From Octopus vulgaris (taxonomy: Eukaryota), in NCBI GenBank assembly GCA_951406725.2, contig OX597828.1, positions 42,966,001 to 43,030,000 on the forward strand: a stretch of DNA of 64,000 bases. Direction: 5' to 3'. Shown here one piece after another: positions 13,440 to 25,392 of the stretch. A program made the position numbers and the translations under genes. How positions within the stretch are numbered: the stretch's first letter is position 1; each line of letters starts with the position of its first letter. The notes beneath the pieces were generated by a model, which had not been told where the DNA came from, ran no database searches, and saw only the letters and a list, made by a program, of their open reading frames with translations.

Positions 13440-13773
13440 TCTCTCGCTCAGAGATTTAAGATTTGTTGTTTTTCTCAATACGTGATCAGTGACTGTGTGT
13501 CAGTTAAATAATATATATATAGTATTTGCGAGTGGAGACAGCTTTCGTCTCTAGCTGGTCATCGTCTCACACTGAGGGCGGATAACATGCAGAAACCTAG
13601 GTCTGTGAGAATCATGTAAGGCTACAGTTGGGAGAGATGGCCTCCCTTGCCAATACTATATACGGACACAGACTTTGTATCGTTAACCAGCCGGAAAAGA
13701 TGTTTTCCTGGGGCTAAAACAACAGTAACATTGTCCTTTTCAGGACTGCCACGTTATGTTCGCATATAAACTT

Positions 13774-13777
<4 letters not shown>
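13440..13777. mobile_element. Family D short element (A-B-C block order) with degenerate minus-strand hammerhead at 13532-13570
   Basis: Block homology to 19936-20310; gaga CGATGA ccagctagagac GAAAGCTGTC tc resembles the 37948 motif. Confidence 0.5.
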
Positions 13778-13826
<49 letters not shown>

Positions 13827-13999
13827 CTAAAGATAAACCCACAATTAGGCAACTCAAGCAGTGATAGACATAAACCAAAACACAAAAAAACCAAATATAA
13901 ATATAATTGACATAATATATTAATTTAATATATATTTATACTATGAAATTTGATTTAATCCTAAATCTAATTTTCCCCTGTAAGTTTGGATATACTCCC

Positions 14000-14111
<112 letters not shown>

Positions 14112-14541
14112 TGTGTGTGTGTGTGTGTGTGTATAATCTAGAGAAAAACCACTATTTAACAAATCAATAAAGTACAATAAATAGGAACTAGTAGTAGTAT
14201 GTATGTATATATGTGTATGTATATATGTATGCATATGTGTATATGTGTGCATATGTGTGTATACATGTATGTATACGTGTGTATTTTTATATATGCGTAT
14301 GTGTTTGGATGCACGTATGTATGATTGATTGTATCGCTATGACTATTTATTGTACTTTATTCATTTAAAATAAGGTTATTTTTATAGAATATGTTTTCTA
14401 TATGGTGTGAATAACATCTTTCTTTATTGAATTGTTTAATAGAGGTTTTTCTCTAAATTATATACATATATTATTAATGTGAAATTTGATTTAAAATTCT
14501 TAAATTGCAGTTTTCCCTGTAAGTTTTGGAATGGTATTCCC

Positions 14542-14620
<79 letters not shown>

Positions 14621-14731
14621 TCTTATTATTATCATTATTATTATTATTATTTGTTAATCATTATTATTATCATTATTATTATCATTATTATTATTTTATT
14701 ATTGTTGTTGCTGTTGTTGTTGTTGTTGTTG

Positions 14732-14771
<40 letters not shown>

Positions 14772-14799
14772 ATTATTACTATTTTATTACTACTTTCAA

Positions 14800-15006
14800 A
14801 ATGTGACCTCGTGTGTACCGTTGGCGATTTTCTTTTCCTCTGTCTTCCCTTCTCTAGATCTTTCCTTCTCCTATGTTTCCGACGAAGAGCTCCGCTCGAA
14901 ACGTAAAATCCTCCTTCTTTCCTTCTTTCCTGAGCGTCCAATAATACTATATTTGTTCCACGTCCTCGCCTTGTTGTGTTTTCTCTTTGTGTTATCTTGC
15001 TTGGAT

Positions 15007-15010
<4 letters not shown>
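14800..15010 (+). mobile_element. Short PLE-end element (family B) with hammerhead motif at ~14875-14909
   Basis: Homologous to 9430-9612; ttt CCGACGAA gagc-tcc-gctc GAAACGTA aaa; ends in (TA)n. Confidence 0.65.
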
Positions 15011-15051
<41 letters not shown>

Positions 15052-15056
<5 letters not shown>

Positions 15057-15387
15057 TAAGGAAAATTTTTTTTAAAAATGCAGAATGCTCAAATGAAAGA
15101 AAATTTTAATAAAATGAGAAATTGATAAAATATATAAATATATATTTATTCAACCGGTTTTCGTCATTGTATGACTTGTCAAGAATATTTATGTTTTAAA
15201 AAGTTTTTTTAAAAATTAGAAAGGGGAAAATAAGAAAATTGCATTGTTTTTTGTAAAAGAATAATGATAAAAATGTACAAAAATTAAAAAATAAGTTCTC
15301 CATTTGAGCATTCTGCATTTTTAAAAAATTTTTTCCTTACTTATCATTTCTCCACGTGCGGTCAACACAACCCCCACCATTTATTGA

Positions 15388-15390
<3 letters not shown>
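15052..15390. mobile_element. Short PLE-end element with 44-bp inverted repeat, tail and degenerate hammerhead
   Basis: 15052-15095 is inverted at 15301-15344. Minus-strand attc TTGACAA gtca..tgac GAAAACCGGTT gaat at 15148-15186. (TA)n on both sides. Confidence 0.6.
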
Positions 15391-15444
<54 letters not shown>

Positions 15445-15865
15445 ACTAATCATAGACACGCAGAGAGTATCAAACGAGAGCATTAAGCGTCGTTCTCTGG
15501 CAATGGATGAGTGGCGTCTTGTACTGGCCTGACCGGTCGGAAGTCCATGCCACGTGGCATCTTTCGTCTATCATCTCTGCTTTATGCCATGCAGTTCTGT
15601 TATGGGACTGAATAGTCATCTGATTGGTCATGGATGGAAAGCTAGAAATGTCATTGACTACAAGAAATCACGAGGAGATGGCAATTGCCATGCATGTATG
15701 TATGTGTGTATATATATGTGTATGTATATATGCATGCATGTATGTGTGTGCATATGTGTGTATGCATGTATTTATATTGAGTTTTGAGTACTGATTGATT
15801 GTATCGCTATGACTAAGCTAAATCATATGGCGCGCGCGCACACACACACATAGTAGACACCTACA

Positions 15866-15924
<59 letters not shown>

Positions 15925-15929
15925 GCATG

Positions 15930-15972
<43 letters not shown>

Positions 15973-15988
15973 TACATATTTACATATA

Positions 15989-16023
<35 letters not shown>

Positions 16024-16130
16024 TTATGTATATACATACACACATATATATATGTATGTATGTGTCTGTTAAGGCAATCTCCATGCGTATATTAAAGAGA
16101 TAGGGTGACAGGAAGACAAAATAAGAGCAG

Positions 16131-16186
<56 letters not shown>

Positions 16187-16354
16187 GGGAAGAGGCTGAG
16201 AGAGAGAAAGACATGTTGGGGAGAGAAAGTAAAAGAAAGAAAGAGAGATAGAGGAAAAGAGAGGGTAAGGGGAGAGAAGGAGAGAGAAGGAGAAGGAAAG
16301 AAAAAGCTTGGTTCAGAAGGGGAGTTTCACACACACACACACACACACGCACAC

Positions 16355-16395
<41 letters not shown>

Positions 16396-16621
16396 GGACA
16401 ATACAGTTCTATCTGTCATTTGAGAAAGACGTGATAAGCGTCACATTTCACAACGTGTTAAATAATGCTCAGAATAGGTAGAAAAATTAAACTACCCGCC
16501 CCTCCCCCCACTGCCCTAGGTACCTATGTGGCCACCCAGTGAGTTAATTTAATATCGACCAGAGAATACACACTACTCTTTCATTTGTAATATTGTGACT
16601 TGTGACACTCCCGTATGTATA

Positions 16622-16680
<59 letters not shown>

Positions 16681-16751
16681 TTATATATATACACATATAT
16701 ATATATACTTACATATATATACACATATATATATACTTATATATATATATA

Positions 16752-17065
16752 TAGATAATTGAGTAGTTGAATGAATTATCTTATTATGGATAATTCGGTT
16801 AACCGATACATGGGTAGCAAATTCACGTCAGAAAAACACGGTTGAAACTACATGCCTAGGGCAGAGATCACGTGCTATCGTGTGGAAATTTGTGTGTTTT
16901 TTTTAATACAAATAAATGAAAGAATGGAGTTGAACGACGAATTAACAAAATTCCTTTATTTTCGACATATGTTTCGAAGGCTGCATAGTTCCTAATTTCG
17001 AAGGAATAAGGGGCTAAGCTGCATTTCTCTGAAATATTTACATTCATTAGTTGAGGTACGATTGA
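16752..17065 (-). mobile_element. Short PLE-end-like element (family C)
   Basis: Homologous in two blocks to 21057-21220; minus strand has GAAACATATGTC (hammerhead 3' half); abuts (TA)n. Confidence 0.5.
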
Positions 17066-17099
17066 ACATACGTTTGTATATGTGTGTGTCTGTGTATGT

Positions 17100-17433
17100 T
17101 GCTGAGAAACCCTTCGGTCATGACTGACCATGGGATTGCACCTAGAAAGTTACCCTCCCAAGCACAAGTCCGGGCAAGGTTGTATATGGAAGACCAGCTG
17201 TCGCCCATGCATACTGTCCTGCCCTCTCCACACCACCTGTGTTATTCAAGGGAAAGGCAACAGCAGATACAGCTTGGCACCTGTGCCGTCGCACCTCATT
17301 TCTGCAGCTGAGTGAATTGGAGCAACGTGAAATAAAGTGCTTTGCTCAAGAACACAACACGCAGCCCGGTCCGGCATTCGAACTCGCAACCTCACGATCG
17401 TAAGCTCGACGCTCTGACCACTGAGCCATGCGC
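17100..17433 (-). mobile_element. tRNA-derived SINE family 3
   Basis: Minus strand gcgcatggctcagtggtcagagcgtcgagcttacgatcgtgaggttgcgagttcgaat; related heads at 61052-61180(+), 33785-34045(-), 50508-50800(+), 61540-61890(-). Confidence 0.75.
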
Positions 17434-17438
17434 CTGTG

Positions 17439-17472
<34 letters not shown>

Positions 17473-17496
17473 TACATACATACGTACACGCACACA

Positions 17497-17551
<55 letters not shown>

Positions 17552-17701
17552 TGGCATGGCTGTATGGTGAGAAGTTTGCTTCCCAACTATATGGCTCCAG
17601 GTTAAATCCCACTGCGTCTTCTGTTATAGCCTCGAGCCGACCAAAACCTTATGGTTTGATTTGAGAGACGGATCCTGAAAGAAGCCCGTCATATATATAT
17701 A

Positions 17702-17965
17702 TCAGGCTGAATAAAAAGTAAGCAACATGAAGTAAGAATCGGCCCTCTTCTGTTGAGCAGTCTGGGACGGAGGAGGAACAGTTTTTCTTTCGTTTTGGCA
17801 ATTTCATGTCATTATGTTTCTGTAGTAGCATTTTTTCCGGGTTTTAAAATGTTTTAGTGGATGAGTGTAGCAGTACACCACCAAACAGTCACCATAAAAT
17901 TCTTATCGAAGAGCTCGGGTTTAGGGAAGGTTTTCAGTGCTTCATTTTGGTCCAACCACTGTGTT
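17702..17965 (-). mobile_element. Mariner fragment
   Basis: Minus strand FPKPEL..K.FMVTVWW motif; TIR-like end after TA. Confidence 0.55.
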
Positions 17966-18105
17966 GGTGTAACACAACCAACGGCAGTGCCCCAGCATGA
18001 CCACAGCTTTAAAGCTGAAACAAATTAAAGATTTTTAAAGATTAAATATTTATTCTTCATGTCTCAGTTTTTGTTCCTGTTCCTGTAACTCGTATTTATT
18101 AATGA

Positions 18106-18572
18106 CTAGCAGCATCGCCCGGCGTTGCCCGGGTATGTAAGAGCCCCTAGTAGGCAACGACTAATCTCAATCTAGTCCTTTCCCTCTAGGGAACGAAGGC
18201 GCATGTGTAGGTTGCAATCGATTTTTTTTCTGATGGTAAGGAATTGCATGGAAAACTAACGTCAGAATTAAGTTCCTTAGGATAACATTAAGCTTCACCG
18301 TGAGTTTGGTGAAAATCGATTGCAAGTTGCGAAAACTACAACAGAAAATGTGTTGCATATAAAAAGCTTAGATTCTCGACCCCATGTCGAATTTATCGCT
18401 TTTTTCAGAACTGGGGGAACTTTGCAAAATGTTCGCTGCGTTAGTTTTGAATTATGACATTGGGCTATGTGTGTGTCAAGTTTCATCAGAATCGGTTGAA
18501 AGCCGTGATCAGGGTGAGAGTACAACCTGACAGACACACATACAGACAAACTGCCGTTTATATAGAGAGAGA
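18106..18572 (-). mobile_element. Non-autonomous Helitron-like element
   Basis: 5' TC, 3' CTAG with GC-rich subterminal hairpin (cccgggcaacgccggg); homologous to 32399-32783. Confidence 0.75.
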
Positions 18573-19074
18573 TACCTTATACAAATCTAAACCGTTCTTG
18601 CACTGTACTTTTCTTATCTGTTTCCCTGTCTTCGTTCGTCAATCACACCAGCTCAGGTTCATAGTCATAACAGCTTTTGTTGCTGACACGCTCAGAAGCA
18701 AAACAATGGCACTTATTTCTAACAAAGTACTCTCAAACAGATGTTTATAATTCTTGGTGGTGGTGGTGGTGGGGCATGTAAATCAGTGGGCCAAAGGTAG
18801 GTGGTCGCCTCCAGTGGCGGAAAACAACATTACTATGATATTTACGTTCTATTCTGCCGAAGCATATTTTGAATTGGTGCATACTTTATGATAGCGTATT
18901 TCACTTGTCTGCAACATGCAATTCCAATTTCGAAAAATATATACGTTTCCAGTTAACAGCAGCAACAATAACAGCATCAACAACTGTATATATATACATA
19001 TATATATGTTACACACACATACACACACACACACACATACACATACATACATGCATGCATGTATGCATGCATAT

Positions 19075-19762
19075 ATCACTTTGATCACTTTGACCGACCA
19101 GTCCGTCAGGCGTCCATTTGACACCGCTGGTCACAGCACACTGTCCACTCCTCCCTGGATCGCGTCTTTCTCATTCACGTGATCCCAATCGTCCTCTTGA
19201 AATCGTCACTCCACTGTCGCGGAGGTCTTCCGGGTTGTCTTTTCCGCTCACGCGGGTACCACTCGACAACTGCGTGCGTCCACCGATTATCGGTGAGCCG
19301 GGCGACGTGTCCAGCCCATCTATACTTACTTGCTGCGAGTATACTCTGCGATGACATCTCTCACACCGGACTTCTTTCTGATGATGTTGCTATTTATGTG
19401 CTCTCACAACGAGATACCAAGCATTGACCTTTCCATGGCTCTTTGAGCCGTTATCAGTCTTTGCTCTTCTCTCTTTGTGGTAGCTCATGTTTCACTACCA
19501 TATAACATTGCAGGCAGAACTGCACTGTTAATGAGGTTGGCGCGGGTGGTCCTGTCCAACCTTCCCTTGAGCACATCCCTTATGCCATTGAATGCCTTCC
19601 ATCCGGCCCTTACTCTCCGTGAGATCTCCTTTTTGATATCCCGGCACATATTTACTTCTTGTCCCAGGTAGACATATTCTCTCACCTCCTCTATTTCATC
19701 ACTGCCGATCACCATTTGACCTGTTGGTACGTTGTGTGACCGCATGAACTTTGTTTTCATGC
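19075..19762 (-). mobile_element. RTE-clade LINE 3' fragment
   Basis: IEEVREYVYLGQ..EISRRVRAGWKAF..VLPAMLYGSET and KYRWAGHVAR..DNRWT..W.PR..KR.PGRPP..W. Confidence 0.85.
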
Positions 19763-19789
19763 ACATATATATATATATATATATATATA

Positions 19790-20310
19790 TGAAGACAAAA
19801 ATAGGTAGTTTTAAATCTCTGAGCGAGAGATATGAAGGAACAGTACCGAATAATAAAGCTTATTTGCCAACAGAATGTGGCAGTCATATACAAAGACGAT
19901 GTTACTATTGTTTAGGCCCAGCTGGAAAAGATTTTGCCTGGGGCTAAACTACAGTAGCATCGTCCTTGTAAAGGACTGTCACATTCTGTTGGCAAATAAA
20001 CTTTACTTTCCAGGACTGTTACTACATGTCTCTCGCTCAGAGATTTAAACTACTTGTTTTCCTCTCTACGAGATCAGCAACTGTGTGTCGCTTAAAAGGT
20101 TTTTAGTAAAAGCAAATTGAGTGAGCCCACCCCCACCCCATCACTAGCCTGTGATTGCCTAGCACCGAGGACGGGAAACAACCCAGAAACCTGAGTCTGT
20201 GAGTTACACGTGGGCTAGGGATGGGAGCGATGAGCTCCCTTGTTCATACTATGCGGACACAAACTGTCGCTAGCCAGGGGCTACACAAAAGTAACATCGT
20301 CCTTGTGTCG
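19790..20310. mobile_element. Family D element with ~118-bp imperfect inverted repeat and permuted block order
   Basis: 19804-19922 is inverted at 19936-20053, followed by C-A-B-C block order. Confidence 0.6.
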
Positions 20311-20366
20311 AAACAATTGACGTGATTAATAATAATTCTCGTATATACCATCTTCCGTCCTTCATT

Positions 20367-20435
<69 letters not shown>

Positions 20436-20509
20436 ATATATATATATATATACATATATATATGCATATATATATATATATATATATATAAATCATATAT
20501 ATAAATATA

Positions 20510-20564
<55 letters not shown>

Positions 20565-20898
20565 CATACATGCACACACACACACATATATATATATCTG
20601 GTAAATGAACGGCATTATATTTTCGATAAAAAATTCTAATACGGTGCCTTTTATTAAAAGTTGATTAAATTTTGAAATTTTTAATAATCCACTCAGATTT
20701 AGTAGAATTTATTAATATTTTAAATTTGATCTCAGCTACGAAAGTCAAAGACTTTTCCTATTATACGTAATGTAATTTTATAACCGTATTGAAAATATTC
20801 GTAACTAAATTATTCTTTGTGTTTGCGTGTCGTGAGCGCACGTGTGTCTGTGTATACGAGCGTGTGTAAACTGGGATCTTTGTATGCATATATATATA

Positions 20899-20940
<42 letters not shown>

Positions 20941-20970
20941 AATATATACATACATATGTACGTATATATG

Positions 20971-21056
<86 letters not shown>

Positions 21057-21216
21057 TAAATGAAAGAATGGAGTCGAACGGCGATTTAACAAAATTCCTT
21101 TATTCTCGACATATGTTCCGAAGACGTAGCTTCAACCGTGCTTTCTGACGTAAATTTGCTACTCGGGTATCGGTTAACCGAATTATCCATACTAGGATAA
21201 TTCATTCAACTACTTA

Positions 21217-21220
<4 letters not shown>
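21057..21220. mobile_element. Family C element with internal inversion
   Basis: 21057-21123 matches ~16911-16980 directly, while 21125-21217 matches ~16757-16851 inverted; TA/GA tracts on both sides. Confidence 0.6.
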
Positions 21221-21299
<79 letters not shown>

Positions 21300-21320
21300 A
21301 ATATATACATACATATATAC

Positions 21321-21358
<38 letters not shown>

Positions 21359-21589
21359 CCTTAAATCCTTAAAAATGTTTTACCCCGAAGGCCGCGGCCA
21401 TGCTGGGCACCACCGCTATATATATTTATATATCCTTACATTTATATATGTTTGTGTATTTTTGGCACAGGGAGGGCAATGCTTCGGGCTTAGGTAAGTG
21501 GATTACGTCGACCCCGAAAGGACGAAATGCAAATTCTACCTCATTGGAATTATAACTCAGAACGTAGTAAAGATGGACGAACTGCCCTA

Positions 21590-21650
<61 letters not shown>

Positions 21651-21862
21651 CTTCCCAACAAGCTAAGAGTAAACAAATGCATCTATTGCCATGAAATCCA
21701 AACTGGAAGGGGAGATGATCTGACGAACCAATAATTCCCTGAAATTCACAAGGTATTTAGAACAAGACTGTCGGATTGTCTGCAGACAACAGAATTATTT
21801 GTGTGTGTGATTCTGCATGTTTGTCATTTATACACACATACACGTGTATATATATATACATG

Positions 21863-21914
<52 letters not shown>

Positions 21915-22062
21915 CATGTATATATATATACATTGAGAGAAGAAAGAGATGGACGCTTCAATTCTATGCTGCTGCCGCATTATGTCGTACGTGGATGAGA
22001 GGATTTGCATCCCCAACCAAGAATTTTTGATGTAACACATGTCCTTGCGGAAGCTGTTGTGC

Positions 22063-22140
22063 GCGGCTGAAGAAGGCCACAGACATACATTATGCTTTGT
22101 TATAAATCTGTCTAATAAAGGCCCGAAACATATGTACCGC
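22063..22140 (+). ncRNA. Type-I hammerhead ribozyme with extended stem II
   Basis: gcgg CTGAAGA aggcc...ggccc GAAAC atat GTA ccgc: canonical core, 4-bp GC stem I, palindromic helix III; lies in a ~240-bp island between TA tracts. Confidence 0.75.
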
Positions 22141-22176
22141 TGAATCCTTCGCATCATGTTTTTATTTTATTTTGAT

Positions 22177-22216
<40 letters not shown>

Positions 22217-22944
22217 GAATATATATATATATGTGTACATAAATGTACAAGCACATATGCACCTATATACTCGCAGGCTTCGCAGTAAAAGGGTATAATT
22301 AAGCAAAATAAAGTTATAGTGAGTAAAGGAACTAAAATTATTCATGAAATAACATACTATTTACTGTCAATAATGGTAGATTATTTCGAGGTTTAGCCAA
22401 TACTGGTTTCGAATCTTCTTCTGTTGTGTCACAATCCCTTGCTGTTGTTAACATTTTCTGGAACTATCCAGGATATCAGACCTAATGCATTTGATTGCTC
22501 AGAAATAGAATTAGTTTGAGGCAAACGCGGTTTAATTTTCAATCGTTGTCGTTGAGAACATATCAAAGACAGTTAATTGTTCAAAGAGCCTTTGAATGTT
22601 GTAAGGTGTTGACTTATCAATGTTAGCCGATTCCCTCTGAGATTTGCATGTCTTTGCTGTGTTTTGAGAGGTCTAAGTACAGATCGAGGTTAAGAAAAAA
22701 AAAAGCGAAGAGATAGACGTTCCATTTGAGCTAAAGTAAACCCTTCATAGTGGTGCCTCAGCATTGCCACAATCCAAAGACTAAAGCCGATAAATAATGA
22801 AAAGCAAGCATATTCTTCCTTGCTTGATATTTATTTTATTTATTTTTCCTTTTATTTTATTTTATCTAGTTTCAGCTCACAAGCTGTGGCCATGCTGGGG
22901 CACCACCATTTGGTGTTGCTACATGATTTTACTTCACAAATGCT

Positions 22945-23285
22945 TTTTAGCAATTGCCCATTTGGTGCATGAGAGAGTTCGATGCAGCTGCCCTCATCTG
23001 CACCTCCTGCTGTGAAGTTGGTTCATCTGGGACACCTGACAAGAAGAGATCCAGTTTTATTTTAAAGACATCTGCATCCACCCCATGCAGGTCTTTCAGG
23101 TCCTTCGGGAGGATATTGAAGAGCTGTGGGGCTCTGAAGCCCAGGCTATCACAGTATCTTGTCCTACATCTTGATGGCAAATTTGGAGTCCTTGGCACTA
23201 TGCAGTGGCGCCCAGTTCTAGTATTTATGTAACTCTCGATGCCAAAGCTTGGGACAAGTCCTTCTAGGATCTTCCAGATGTATAT
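22945..23285 (-). mobile_element. CR1/Jockey-group LINE 3' fragment
   Basis: IYIWKILEGLVP..GRHC..SLGFRAPQLFNILP..FKIKLDLFLSGVPDEP. Confidence 0.8.
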
Positions 23286-23930
23286 GAAAACATTTAGTTC
23301 ATAAATCATGTCAATTTTTTCCTAATCAATAGAATAGACTTAATTAGCAAAAAATTAATGATTTTCTAAATCGTTTCTTTTATTGTCCCTTTCTTTACTA
23401 CTTTTGTGGGTACAGATGCCAGTGTATTTTTCCAGTCATTCTTCTACATTACAGATGATTTGGAATATCATCATCTGAATTTTTAAAAATCCTTGTTTGC
23501 ACTGTATACAGCGTGTCTGGAAAGAATATTTGCATATTTATTCTTAGCACCTCTAGGCAGGTTCAGACTCAAAATATGCTGGTTGCTGTAGTGTATGTCA
23601 CAGGAGAAGAACTCCTTCCTTCTACAACGACAGTGTGTTTAACACACTCGATTCATTGGTGCCCAGCTTTCTGGGTCACCGGCGTTTCGACAGGTGTCGC
23701 GTCAGTCAAAAGCAACCGGAACGCTGAGCCTCAACGAAGCCGATGGTTTTGTTTATACGTTCAACGAACAAATTGATGGCTTTGGTGCTTATATCAGCCA
23801 ACCGTAAAATAAATGGTTGGTTAGATATGGAATTTTAGTGAATTAGCAAACTATATCAATACTCTCACCCTTCCTCCTCGCTTTACCTCCCTTTCTCTCT
23901 CACTCTTTCTCTCTGTCTGTCTCTATGCAA

Positions 23931-23980
<50 letters not shown>

Positions 23981-24472
23981 ACCAAGTTTAAGAAAACAGT
24001 AACTTTGAAATTAGTAATTACGTTCAGTGTAAAAATTGTAATAAATCACAAGGAAGTTAAATAGGTTATTAAAAATGATAAATTTTAATAAAAAGATCCC
24101 ATTTTGTAAATCTTTATCTAAAAATATATTGCTGAAAATTTAATTTAATTTTTATTTTCGATTAAATTTTTTTTTTTTAATTAAGAAAATATATATTTTG
24201 GTAAAATGGAATTACATTGTAGTATTTTAATACAACCATGAGTCTTTCACGAATGGATAAACGGTGTTTTGATTGAGAAAATTGATTTGTAACCACGTAG
24301 ATCCGGGTTCCCTTCTACAAGGGGTTGCTGAAATGTTCTTGGCTTTAAGAGTACTCGAAAGGCCTGGTTGGAGGGCCAACTTTCCAAGTTCTATTGTAGA
24401 GCTTACAAAAACTGAAGGATCGCTGAAAGTGTATGAACCTGAGAAGTGAATATGTTGAATAACATCATAATT

Positions 24473-24638
24473 AGGCGCAGGAGTGGCTGTGTGGTAAGTA
24501 GCTTGCTAACCAACCACATGGTTCCGGGTTCAGTCCCACTGCGTGGCATCTTGGGCAAGTGTCTTCTGCTATAGCCTCGGGCCGACCAAAGCCTTGTGAG
24601 TGGATTTGGTAGACGGAAACTGAAAGAAGCCTGTCGTA

Positions 24639-24695
<57 letters not shown>

Positions 24696-24912
24696 GTATA
24701 TGTTTGTGTGTCTGTGTTTGTCCTCCTAGCATTGCTTGACAACCGATGCTGGTGTGTTTACGTCCCCGTCACTTAGAGGTTCGGCAAAAGAGACCGATAG
24801 AATAAGTACTGGGCTTACAAAGAATAAGTCCCGGGGTTGATTTGCTCGACTAAAGGCGGTGCTCCAGCATGGCCGCAGTCAAATGACTGAAACAAGTAAA
24901 AGAGTAAAGAGT
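24473..24912 (+). mobile_element. SINE family 1, full length
   Basis: High similarity to 7563-7985. Confidence 0.85.
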
Positions 24913-25172
24913 AATTAACTGATCTTCCTGTATTTTCTTTTACCCAAAGCCAGGAACTTTGCAGCAGCCACTCGTATTATGCAACATTTTGAATAAGTGT
25001 CCTCGGTCAGAGCTAAAGTTTATCCAAAGTATTCTGGATGAAATATGTGAGACGGAGTTTGTTTCACGGAGTCGTCGTGAAACTTCCTTTCAAAATGGCT
25101 TTTTACCAAATACTTGCACGCTATTATTTATAAATCTGCTTTCTTCGAGATTCACCGCTGCTAAAAAGAATG

Positions 25173-25203
<31 letters not shown>

Positions 25204-25320
25204 CATACATACATACATACATACATACATACACACATGCATACATACATATATACATACATACATACATACATACATACATACATACATACATACATAC
25301 ATACATACGTACATATATAC

Positions 25321-25384
<64 letters not shown>

Positions 25385-25392
<8 letters not shown>

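Noticed and set aside
22320-22680. Possible host exon in unique-looking sequence
   Set aside because: Stops in the frames examined and no recognisable domain; cannot be supported without transcript data
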